Shown: positions 1-7,206 of the stretch, in pieces | Position numbering within the stretch: position 1 is the stretch's first letter | Layout: each line of letters opens with the position of its first letter | DNA from: a virus | Lineage: Duplodnaviria; Caudoviricetes | Direction: 5' to 3' (one strand) | Virus record (IMG/VR): IMGVR_UViG_3300017761_001206 | Coordinates: 1-28,334 of that record | DNA length: 28,334 nucleotides | Notes under the pieces: model-generated | The model's input: only the letters and a program-made list of their open reading frames with translations | Told to the model about the DNA's origin: nothing | Databases searched by the model: none | Translations under genes and position numbers: made by a program

Positions 1-1
1 C

Positions 2-1027
2 CCTGAACTTCAACAGACGCTCTATGATGTACTTACTAAAAACTTGAATATCGGCATTCAGGCAAAGTCGATCAATAAAGCAGTAGGTCGTCAATTGATA
101 CCTAACCCTAGTCTGATGCTTTCAGAAGATGATGTTGAGCTGATTAGCAAATGGGACACTATCTACTGTGAACATAAATACGATGGTGTACGTATCATTG
201 CCATGTATAAAGACGGCGACTTCCAGTATTTCACTAGAAACTTCAATCAGGTACCTACTGAATACATGAAGTATGTAAATGAAGATCTACATTCTATAGT
301 TGCTGCTAATCCAAACTTTGATTTTGAAGGCTGGTTCTTTGATGGTGAGTTAACCGACCATGACCGCAAGTCTGTATCTGGTAAACTGAACAGAATGCTT
401 AAAGGTAAAGTCGATGGAGAAATTTCAAAAGAATTTATGTTTAACATTTTTGATATTGAGTATCAGACAGTGTTAACTGTAGGTAAAGGTGAGACAAAAT
501 ATCTAGATCGTAGAAATCTTTTAGATCTACTTTGGTCGCATTTGAAAAATAGCTGCAAGCATATTTGCTTATCAGAGCGTTGGACATTCAGTAGCGTAAA
601 CGAAATGATGGATCGCTACAAAGAGATTGTGAAAGAAGGCGGTGAAGGAGTTATCTGCAAAACAAATGCGGTGTATGAATGCAAGCGTAGCAGAAGTTGG
701 ATAAAGCTGAAGGAAGTAAATGACTGCGACCTTGTTGTTACTGGCTGGATCCCAGGTGAAGGTCGCCGTACTGGTTATGTAGGCAGTCTCTGTATATGTG
801 ATTCTACTGGAAAGTTAAAGGTTGATGTTGGCTCAGGCTTCACTGATGCTGATCTTGTAATGTTCAACGATCTGATAAATAGAAATGAGCTTATTGGAAA
901 AATCGTAGCTATCCAATATAACCTGAGTATACAGGATAAACATGGCAACCATAGTTTATTCTTACCTAGATTTATAGAAATAAGAAGCGACAAAACTGAA
1001 GCTGACAACATAAATAAGATCAGATAA
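2..1027 (+). CDS. lig: ATP-dependent DNA ligase (T4 gp30-like), 5'-truncated by the window edge
   Basis: Ligase motifs: I EHKYDGVR (KxDG), III FFDGEL, IIIa FNIFD, IV EGVICK, V WIKLK, OB-fold VGSGF, VI LFLPRF. The frame is open upstream of the called TTG at 44 back to position 2 (PELQQTLYDVLTKNLNIG), so the true start lies outside the window. Confidence 0.96.
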   Translation, partial: PELQQTLYDVLTKNLNIGIQAKSINKAVGRQLIPNPSLMLSEDDVELISKWDTIYCEHKYDGVRIIAMYKDGDFQYFTRNFNQVPTEYMKYVNEDLHSIVAANPNFDFEGWFFDGELTDHDRKSVSGKLNRMLKGKVDGEISKEFMFNIFDIEYQTVLTVGKGETKYLDRRNLLDLLWSHLKNSCKHICLSERWTFSSVNEMMDRYKEIVKEGGEGVICKTNAVYECKRSRSWIKLKEVNDCDLVVTGWIPGEGRRTGYVGSLCICDSTGKLKVDVGSGFTDADLVMFNDLINRNELIGKIVAIQYNLSIQDKHGNHSLFLPRFIEIRSDKTEADNINKIR

Positions 1028-1218
1028 TGTTTAACACCAACAAAACCTTTGAAATAATCTTACATGTAAGAGAGGCTCTTTCAAAATATGAAAAGTATAT
1101 TCTGTATTGTAAAATGACAGCGGCAGAGTTGGTTGAATTACAAAAGCACTTTAACGTTGAACAAGATGGACTAGTGAATGAAACTCTTTATAAGTACATC
1201 TTTACAAATAAACAGTAA
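1027..1218 (+). CDS. Small hypothetical protein (63 aa)
   Basis: Coupled by TAATG overlaps to the ligase upstream and the glycosylase downstream; no recognisable motif. Confidence 0.7.
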   Translation: MFNTNKTFEIILHVREALSKYEKYILYCKMTAAELVELQKHFNVEQDGLVNETLYKYIFTNKQ

Positions 1219-2039
1219 TGCCAGAATTAGCTGAAATCAAAATCATGGCTGAGTACATCAACTCAGTTTCAGAAAGTCAAATATACAATAACGTTAGAAA
1301 GTCTGAAGAGACCAAGGTTAAAACCCAGATGGAAGATCCATTTAATGGGATGCCTTTTACAGTTGAAGCGGAAAGCAGAGGAAAGGAGTTACTGCTAACT
1401 TTAATTTCAATTGCAGGTGAGGAAAGAAGTCTCAGATTTGCAATGGGTATGAGCGGCAACTGGTATCTTGCCAGCCCTGGTGAAATGGTTAAACATGCAC
1501 ACCTCAAGTTTTACAGAGAAGATGGGTATAGTCTTATGATGGTTGATGTTCGTCGATTTGCTAAATGGGACTGGACTGAAGATTGGAATAGCAAAAGAGG
1601 CCCATGTCCATTGACCGAGTATGAAGTATTTGTAAAAAACATTCAATCTTCGTCAAGTAAAAAGATATTTGAAAAGCCGATCTATGAGATATTCATGGAT
1701 CAAAAGTATTTTAACGGTATCGGCAATTATTTAAGAGCTGAAATACTTCACAGATCTGGTGTTAATCCGTTTTTACCGGCTAAGCAAGTTATAACCCGTG
1801 ACCTGCTTGAGCTTTGTCACGATGTCTGTCAAGAAGCCTATCTGGTGGGTGGTGGCGAACTTAAAGATTGGGATAATCCATTCAAGCGAGGTTATGGTAG
1901 AGGCAGAATAAATGAAAAGATGGGTAAGCTTGCTGACACTTCATTTAGAGATTGGCTACAGTGTTATGGTAAAATGAATAATATTGAAGACAGCAAAGGT
2001 CGCAGGTTTTGGTTTGATAAAAAATGGTTAAATGAATAA
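1218..2039 (+). CDS. nei: Fpg/Nei-family DNA glycosylase/AP lyase, NEIL1-like (zincless finger)
   Basis: N-terminal catalytic M-P-E; RGKEL, GMSG, HAHLKFY, VDVRRF; H2TH motif DQKYFNGIGNYLRAEIL; C-terminal WLQCYG...DSKGRRFWF with no Cys4 zinc finger. Confidence 0.95.
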   Translation: MPELAEIKIMAEYINSVSESQIYNNVRKSEETKVKTQMEDPFNGMPFTVEAESRGKELLLTLISIAGEERSLRFAMGMSGNWYLASPGEMVKHAHLKFYREDGYSLMMVDVRRFAKWDWTEDWNSKRGPCPLTEYEVFVKNIQSSSSKKIFEKPIYEIFMDQKYFNGIGNYLRAEILHRSGVNPFLPAKQVITRDLLELCHDVCQEAYLVGGGELKDWDNPFKRGYGRGRINEKMGKLADTSFRDWLQCYGKMNNIEDSKGRRFWFDKKWLNE

Positions 2040-2373
2040 GAACTTAATACTATCCCTCATTCTGTTTATGGTCGGGCAGATATTGATCTGGTATCAATCT
2101 AATGGTCAGTTTATATCTCAATGGTTCAAAAACAATATACTGATCGTCTCATTGTTTGGTGTGCCTATCTCATATCTTTTTATAAATGCAACACGTTTAT
2201 CCTATGAGGGATTTGGAGCTACATGGCCCGGCAGGATGCTGGGTTTTTCAATGGGTGTTATAGTGTTTACCTTTCTTGCCAGTGTTCATATGAATGAACA
2301 TCTGAATCTGAAAACTGTGCTTTGTCTTGCGTTGTCTTTTGCGATTATCTGCATACAGATTTTCATGAAGTGA
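2032..2373 (+). CDS. Small integral membrane protein with about 4 TM helices (SMR/DMT-like size and topology)
   Basis: 113 aa with four hydrophobic segments; C-terminal 'MNEHLNLKTVLCLALSFAII' resembles the end of DMT/EamA repeats. Confidence 0.7.
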   Translation: MNKNLILSLILFMVGQILIWYQSNGQFISQWFKNNILIVSLFGVPISYLFINATRLSYEGFGATWPGRMLGFSMGVIVFTFLASVHMNEHLNLKTVLCLALSFAIICIQIFMK

Positions 2374-2379
2374 TATATA
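2372..2379 (+). promoter_or_regulatory. Putative phage late-promoter box GATATATA
   Basis: The same RATATATA box recurs in intergenic gaps at 4480, 9301, 15756 and 16996. It is analogous to the T4 late TATAAATA and lies 4 nt before the GTG at 2384. Confidence 0.55.
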
Positions 2380-2383
2380 AACC

Positions 2384-2611
2384 GTGAAGAATATACTGTC
2401 ATTTGATAATTTTATTAACGAGAAGTCGTATAAAGAATTGGGACAAAATGAACAGGATATGGTTACCGGTATTGCTGACATTCTAAATCAAGTTAAAGAC
2501 AAGGATAACAGGAAAGATATAGCTGAAGATCAGATTGAGCAATTCAAAAGAGAAAATATAGTTTTTGACTATTCAGAGTTCATGGAACTATCAATGAATA
2601 AAGATAAATGA
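2384..2611 (+). CDS. Small acidic protein with T4-like capsid-targeting N-terminus (putative internal head protein)
   Basis: N-terminus MKNILSFDNFINE resembles the T4 internal-protein targeting peptide MKTYQEFIAE; GTG start. Confidence 0.65.
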   Translation: MKNILSFDNFINEKSYKELGQNEQDMVTGIADILNQVKDKDNRKDIAEDQIEQFKRENIVFDYSEFMELSMNKDK

Positions 2612-2612
2612 G

Positions 2613-2864
2613 ATGAAAAAATTTAGTAGCATTTTAGAAAAAGCATCAGTAGACTTCAATCAAGAAATGATAGAAGAACTTCTTAAGAAACATGAAGAGG
2701 TTGATGTTGTACTAAAGAATGGTGAAAGATATTTCATCACCAGCTTTATGCATGACAAACAGGGTAAAATGTACAATGCAAACAACATAGGCCTTGAAGC
2801 CCTTGATAAAAAGGGTAAAAAGGTTGAAGTTAAGTACGTTGATATCAAAGGAATTGAATACTAA
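2613..2864 (+). CDS. Small protein, possible Sm/SH3-like beta-barrel with a weaker targeting-like N-terminus
   Basis: Starts MKKFSSILE; VDVVLKNGERY and VEVKYVDIKGIEY suggest a beta-barrel; tightly packed between its neighbours. Confidence 0.6.
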   Translation: MKKFSSILEKASVDFNQEMIEELLKKHEEVDVVLKNGERYFITSFMHDKQGKMYNANNIGLEALDKKGKKVEVKYVDIKGIEY

Positions 2865-3962
2865 ATGAAGCTGCACACTTTCAACCAATTTGTAAATGAA
2901 AATCTTAATCACTTAAGGGAGAAACCTGAGAGTAGATTTGATATGCTGATAAGCAAAAAGGTTAATTGCTTTTCAGGTGAACATTGGTTTGCTATAGACC
3001 TTTCAACGGGTATAGATGAGATATATGCAATCACACAACAGGATCTATTTAACGTAATTAAGCAGTTAGACTTTGTTGGCAATACTAAAAAGATCAATGA
3101 CGGTTTACCAGCATTGGGTTATGTTGCCACTTACACACAGTCTGTACTGGATGCAGGTTATAGCCCAAACCTTATGTACAATTTACCCGAAGACTCGTTA
3201 AAGTTGAGAAAGGTTAATCTGTACAGGGATCTAAATGACAGAGGCAGTACATACGTTTCTAAAACCGTTTTCAAAATAGAAGACGTCAAGACTTTAAAGT
3301 TTCCTATTATCGCAAAAGCAGAAGCTAGCTGGCAATCGAAAGGTGTCAAAAAGTTTGATACATTCGAGGAAATTACCAGAAGTGAAATAGAATTTGATCT
3401 GTACCAGGAAGCATTTAAGATTGATAAAGAATATAGGGCGATAATCTTTAAAGGTAAAAAAGATCAGACGCCTAAGTTGCTTACAATGTCTCTTAGAAAA
3501 CCTGCAAACGAAAAAGCCCAGTCTCTTAGAGTAACAGAAGGTACTGGACATGATGATATCGCCAATAACGAAAGTTCTAAATTTACATGGACTGCAGTTG
3601 ATATTTTTAATGGTGATGAGCATTGCCCAGATCTTAAAGAAATTTCAAACATCGTAAAAGACGTTATGTCAGTTAGCCCTAACATGAATGTATTTGCAAT
3701 AGATGTTGCAGTTGATACATCAGGTAAGCATTGGTTAATCGAGGCAAACACCCAGCCTGGTCAAAATGGTATAACACCACATCTCATGTATCTAAACATG
3801 GTGCAAGACTTCTACGGTCTGAAGATATCTGGACCAGACATTGATAAAATGAAAACTTCAATGTACAAGTCTATAACCGCAACAGGTAAATATCTTTTAG
3901 GCTATCAAATCCCAGAATGTCTTTATTCTAATCCTGCGTTCTGGTACGGCGTTAATCTCTAA
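2865..3962 (+). CDS. ATP-grasp peptide ligase (RimK-like) with capsid-targeting-like N-terminus
   Basis: ATP-grasp motifs LKFPIIAK...SKGVKK, LYQEAF..DKEYR, AIDVAVD, LIEANTQPG (ExNxxPG); N-terminus MKLHTFNQFVNE. Confidence 0.85.
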   Translation: MKLHTFNQFVNENLNHLREKPESRFDMLISKKVNCFSGEHWFAIDLSTGIDEIYAITQQDLFNVIKQLDFVGNTKKINDGLPALGYVATYTQSVLDAGYSPNLMYNLPEDSLKLRKVNLYRDLNDRGSTYVSKTVFKIEDVKTLKFPIIAKAEASWQSKGVKKFDTFEEITRSEIEFDLYQEAFKIDKEYRAIIFKGKKDQTPKLLTMSLRKPANEKAQSLRVTEGTGHDDIANNESSKFTWTAVDIFNGDEHCPDLKEISNIVKDVMSVSPNMNVFAIDVAVDTSGKHWLIEANTQPGQNGITPHLMYLNMVQDFYGLKISGPDIDKMKTSMYKSITATGKYLLGYQIPECLYSNPAFWYGVNL

Positions 3963-3986
3963 ACTTTAACAGGAGTCTTAATATAA
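3961..3986 (+). promoter_or_regulatory. Putative phage promoter AAAC-N16-ATATAA (leaderless type)
   Basis: AAAC at 3961-3964, ATATAA at 3981-3986, ATG 5 nt later at 3992; identical geometry at 7176-7207. Confidence 0.5.
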
Positions 3987-3991
3987 GATCT

Positions 3992-4480
3992 ATGCCTAGA
4001 ATTGACATCAATAAAGTCTATATGAATATTGCTGAGGAGATATCTCAGCTATCTTACGCTGAACGTAAAAAGGTTGGTTGCATTCTGGTTAAAGACGGAA
4101 CAATCATAAGCCATGGGTATAATGGCACACCCTATGGCTTTGAAAATGATTGTGAGGAATACGAAGAAAGATATTATGAAACTGATATTGGCGCTGAGCT
4201 GCTACAAGACTATGGCTATGTGTTAGATAATGGTATAGCCAGAAAGCTTGTTACAAAAAGAGAAGTTCTACATGCAGAGTCAAATGCAATAAGCAAAGTA
4301 GCAAAATCTTCAAACAGCTCAGAAGACGCAGATCTGTATGTTACTTTATCCCCATGCTTTGAATGTGCAAAGCTTATAATACAATCAGGAATTAAGAGAG
4401 TTTTCTATAGAGAAGAGTATAGACAGAAAGATGGTTTAGATCTTTTGATAAAAGCTGGCATACAGTGCCTACAGTGTTAA
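3992..4480 (+). CDS. cd: dCMP deaminase
   Basis: KVGCILV, GYNGTP, and zinc-deaminase motifs HAESNAI and SPCFECAK, then IQSGIKRV. Confidence 0.95.
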   Translation: MPRIDINKVYMNIAEEISQLSYAERKKVGCILVKDGTIISHGYNGTPYGFENDCEEYEERYYETDIGAELLQDYGYVLDNGIARKLVTKREVLHAESNAISKVAKSSNSSEDADLYVTLSPCFECAKLIIQSGIKRVFYREEYRQKDGLDLLIKAGIQCLQC

Positions 4481-4496
4481 ATATATACTCAAAATA
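4477..4496 (+). promoter_or_regulatory. Putative late promoter; 20-bp exact repeat, copy 1 (TTAAATATATACTCAAAATA)
   Basis: An identical 20-mer lies at 16993-17012. Both copies contain AATATATA and sit 20-22 nt before a start codon. Confidence 0.65.
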
Positions 4497-4509
4497 GCGA
4501 ACTTACTTA

Positions 4510-5223
4510 ATGGTTATTGAGTCTACATCGGTTAAGACTATTATTGATTTATTAGAATCACTACGAAAAAATTCTTTCACTGCTACTTCTATAAGAGTAA
4601 GTTACACACAGAAGGGTGCTAAAAAGCAATATGTTACCTTTGCAACACTAGAAGAGCTTAAGGCAAATTACACCGAGAAGTACTTAAAGAAGGTACAATC
4701 TAAGAGAAGCCCATACACAGATGACCCTAGATTAGCTCTTCAGGAGCCTGTTTCTACAACAGTAGGTCAATTTCTATACAACACTTATGATCCCTTTCAA
4801 ACTTATTTTGAGTCATCTACATTCTTTTGTAATGTTGGAAGTTTAGTTACTCTAGAAAGTTTTAATATTGTAAGCTCTATCAGAGAATATCAGATGTCAT
4901 TTTCGGTGAAAGATGTGACAAGTGCTATCAAGATTATCAACAGTAGCAAATTTGATCTTAGAAGAAACGATCAGATAGCAGTTACTGTAGGTCGATTTAA
5001 AGATGCGGTGTCTGGTCTTATAGAGACTTATAATAAAATATATGGTAGATTAAATAGACTATTCATACAGGGTCAATATGTCGATCTCTGTTATGTCACT
5101 ATTGGTTATGTTGAATTTACGTTTGAATTGTACAAACTATTTTTCGCCATAAACAAAACCCCACTTAGTGCTGGTATCAGTACTGCGCCTTTGCGTAAAA
5201 TGTATTTACGTGCATTGCCGTAA
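4510..5223 (+). CDS. Hypothetical protein (237 aa), probably late/virion-related
   Basis: Long ORF directly after the late-type box and before the fibre gene; no family recognised. Confidence 0.75.
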   Translation: MVIESTSVKTIIDLLESLRKNSFTATSIRVSYTQKGAKKQYVTFATLEELKANYTEKYLKKVQSKRSPYTDDPRLALQEPVSTTVGQFLYNTYDPFQTYFESSTFFCNVGSLVTLESFNIVSSIREYQMSFSVKDVTSAIKIINSSKFDLRRNDQIAVTVGRFKDAVSGLIETYNKIYGRLNRLFIQGQYVDLCYVTIGYVEFTFELYKLFFAINKTPLSAGISTAPLRKMYLRALP

Positions 5224-5225
5224 TA

Positions 5226-5233
5226 GATAAATA
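5226..5233 (+). promoter_or_regulatory. Possible late-promoter variant GATAAATA
   Basis: Intergenic, 14 nt before the fibre ATG; one mismatch to both GATATATA and T4 TATAAATA. Confidence 0.4.
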
Positions 5234-5247
5234 AACAAATATAAACC

Positions 5248-7173
5248 ATGCCAAACTTATCAGAATATATTAAACTGAGGACCGAACAAAAGAGAGAACT
5301 ATCCTGGGGCGAAGTAGATAGTAATTTTCTCTATGTTGCAAATCCTTGGTCACCGACCAGATATTACAAAGAGGGTTACATTGTTTATCACGATGCAGAT
5401 GGTACAGGAGGTAATGGATTAAGTTGGTATATAGCTGTTGTAGATAACGGCCCATCTATCACATTTAATATAGCCGACTGGGAAGCCATTGGCGCAGCAA
5501 GCACCGGTGCTAGCACTATAGACGTTTCGGACGGTACAACTACATCATCTGTTAACACCCTAACATTTAACTCTGATGATTTTGGCCTATCTGTTGTAGG
5601 TAATAATGCGAATATAACGATAAATGAAAGTGCCATTAAATGGTGGTTATTACCAGGTGACCCAGATTTAGGCACAGGTTCTAATAATCAGATAGCAGTA
5701 CACATAGGTCAGGTATTTATAGGTTCTGGTACACATAGCGGTATCTATAAATTCAATGTATACGGCACTTCACGTTTTACAGGTAATATAGCTTTAAGCG
5801 CAGGTGTAACCGTTGACGGTGTAGATATTTCTCTTCTTGCTACAGATTACAATGCACACACTCACACAATTGTACCTACAACATTAGCTAGTTACTCTGC
5901 ACTTTATCCTAATTCCAATAATCAACTAGAAGACGTTCAGATCAATATTGGTACACTAGCAACAGGTCATACATTATCTTGGGATAACGCTCTTAAGAAA
6001 TGGGTTAATTTACCCGCAGTTGCATCAGCTCTTTCTGGCTTAACTGATGTACAGTTCAGCGCTTTAGCTAATAATCAAGTACTTCTTTATAACAATACTT
6101 TAAGTAAATGGCAAAACAGTACAGTTACAGCAAATAGCACAACTGGATTATCAGCGCCGTTTAGTCATAATCACAACACTGTATATTTTACAAAATCACA
6201 ATTAACAACTAGCGGTGGCGGAGGAACAATACACTGGAATAATGTGGCTAGTAAACCTAGTGACACTTCAGATTATATTGTTGCAAGCACTTACGGTGGT
6301 CCTTTTACTAATACTGCGTATAGAGTTTTACAGTCAACCGATGGTAGTATAACTATTGACACGTCTGTATCTAACGTCATAGACCTTTCTGCGGCTACTT
6401 CTGCTATTATAGATGTATATGAAGAAGGTTCTCTTATAGGTGCGTATGCTGGCTTAGATTTTATAAGTAGCATCTATGGTAGCTTCATAGTAACTGGAGT
6501 GACTTCAAGTGCTGCTACTGTAGAACTATTCGAACCTAAAGTTTCTGTACTTATAAATGGCGCACTTTCAGATACTGTACATAATTTAGACTTTACTGAT
6601 ACAACCAATGTTACATTTACAATATCGTCTGGCGGCCCGGACACAATACAGATAGAAGCTATATCTAGGGGTATAGTAGGTGTACAGCAACCATCACCTT
6701 CGGTTATCACCGCATATAATTCACCTCGTCTTAATTTAGCATTTAAAGACAATGCTGAAATTACATGGACCGTTACTGATCAGTCAGGTACTGATACAGT
6801 TGCAGTTGAGGCTAACCTAGTATCACCTAATGAAATTGAGGTTTATAGAAATGGATCTCTACAAGGTTCATTTACAGGTATAGATTTTGCAGATGGTGTT
6901 GGTACTATTGTTAGTTCAGTTTCTTCGACAGGCGGTAGTATAGAAATTCAAATTGATACTGCTGCAACACTAGACGACGTATGCCAGAATGGCTTTTCTA
7001 CAACAACTCCTATCGAAATAACAGGAGGCGCAACTTATTTAGAATTAACAGAGCCCGCCGACGTTAGCAATCCTTCAGTTCCTGCTGGCTGTATTATTCT
7101 GGCTTCACCGAATGGCACAAGATTCGCTATCACTGTAGACGATTTTGGTAATCTTATAACCACACAATTGTAA
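5248..7173 (+). CDS. Modular tail/head fibre-like virion protein (641 aa)
   Basis: Thr/Ser/Gly-rich. N-terminal LR..QKRELSWGEVDSNF fibre-type anchor; CBM5/12-like WSPTRYYKEGYIVYH; two L.DV...(L)..(W/Y)....KW.N repeats; HTH and HNH motifs; repeated I.V...G........DF modules; C-terminal ILASPNGTRFAITVDDFGNL. Confidence 0.8.
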   Translation: MPNLSEYIKLRTEQKRELSWGEVDSNFLYVANPWSPTRYYKEGYIVYHDADGTGGNGLSWYIAVVDNGPSITFNIADWEAIGAASTGASTIDVSDGTTTSSVNTLTFNSDDFGLSVVGNNANITINESAIKWWLLPGDPDLGTGSNNQIAVHIGQVFIGSGTHSGIYKFNVYGTSRFTGNIALSAGVTVDGVDISLLATDYNAHTHTIVPTTLASYSALYPNSNNQLEDVQINIGTLATGHTLSWDNALKKWVNLPAVASALSGLTDVQFSALANNQVLLYNNTLSKWQNSTVTANSTTGLSAPFSHNHNTVYFTKSQLTTSGGGGTIHWNNVASKPSDTSDYIVASTYGGPFTNTAYRVLQSTDGSITIDTSVSNVIDLSAATSAIIDVYEEGSLIGAYAGLDFISSIYGSFIVTGVTSSAATVELFEPKVSVLINGALSDTVHNLDFTDTTNVTFTISSGGPDTIQIEAISRGIVGVQQPSPSVITAYNSPRLNLAFKDNAEITWTVTDQSGTDTVAVEANLVSPNEIEVYRNGSLQGSFTGIDFADGVGTIVSSVSSTGGSIEIQIDTAATLDDVCQNGFSTTTPIEITGGATYLELTEPADVSNPSVPAGCIILASPNGTRFAITVDDFGNLITTQL

Positions 7174-7175
7174 TT

Positions 7176-7201
7176 AAACATTTAATTTAGTTAGCATATA
7201 A
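7176..7201 (+). promoter_or_regulatory. Putative phage promoter AAAC-N16-ATATAA (leaderless type)
   Basis: AAAC at 7176-7179, ATATAA at 7196-7201, ATG at 7207; same spacing as 3961-3992. Confidence 0.5.
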
Positions 7202-7206
7202 TCTAT

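Noticed and set aside
44-46. TTG start of the ligase as given in the ORF track
   Set aside because: The frame is open to the window edge and the N-terminal DNA-binding domain is incomplete, so the true start is upstream.
3971-3975. AGGAG upstream of dCMP deaminase as a Shine-Dalgarno site
   Set aside because: It is 16 nt from the ATG, too far for a normal SD, and lies within the spacer of the putative promoter.
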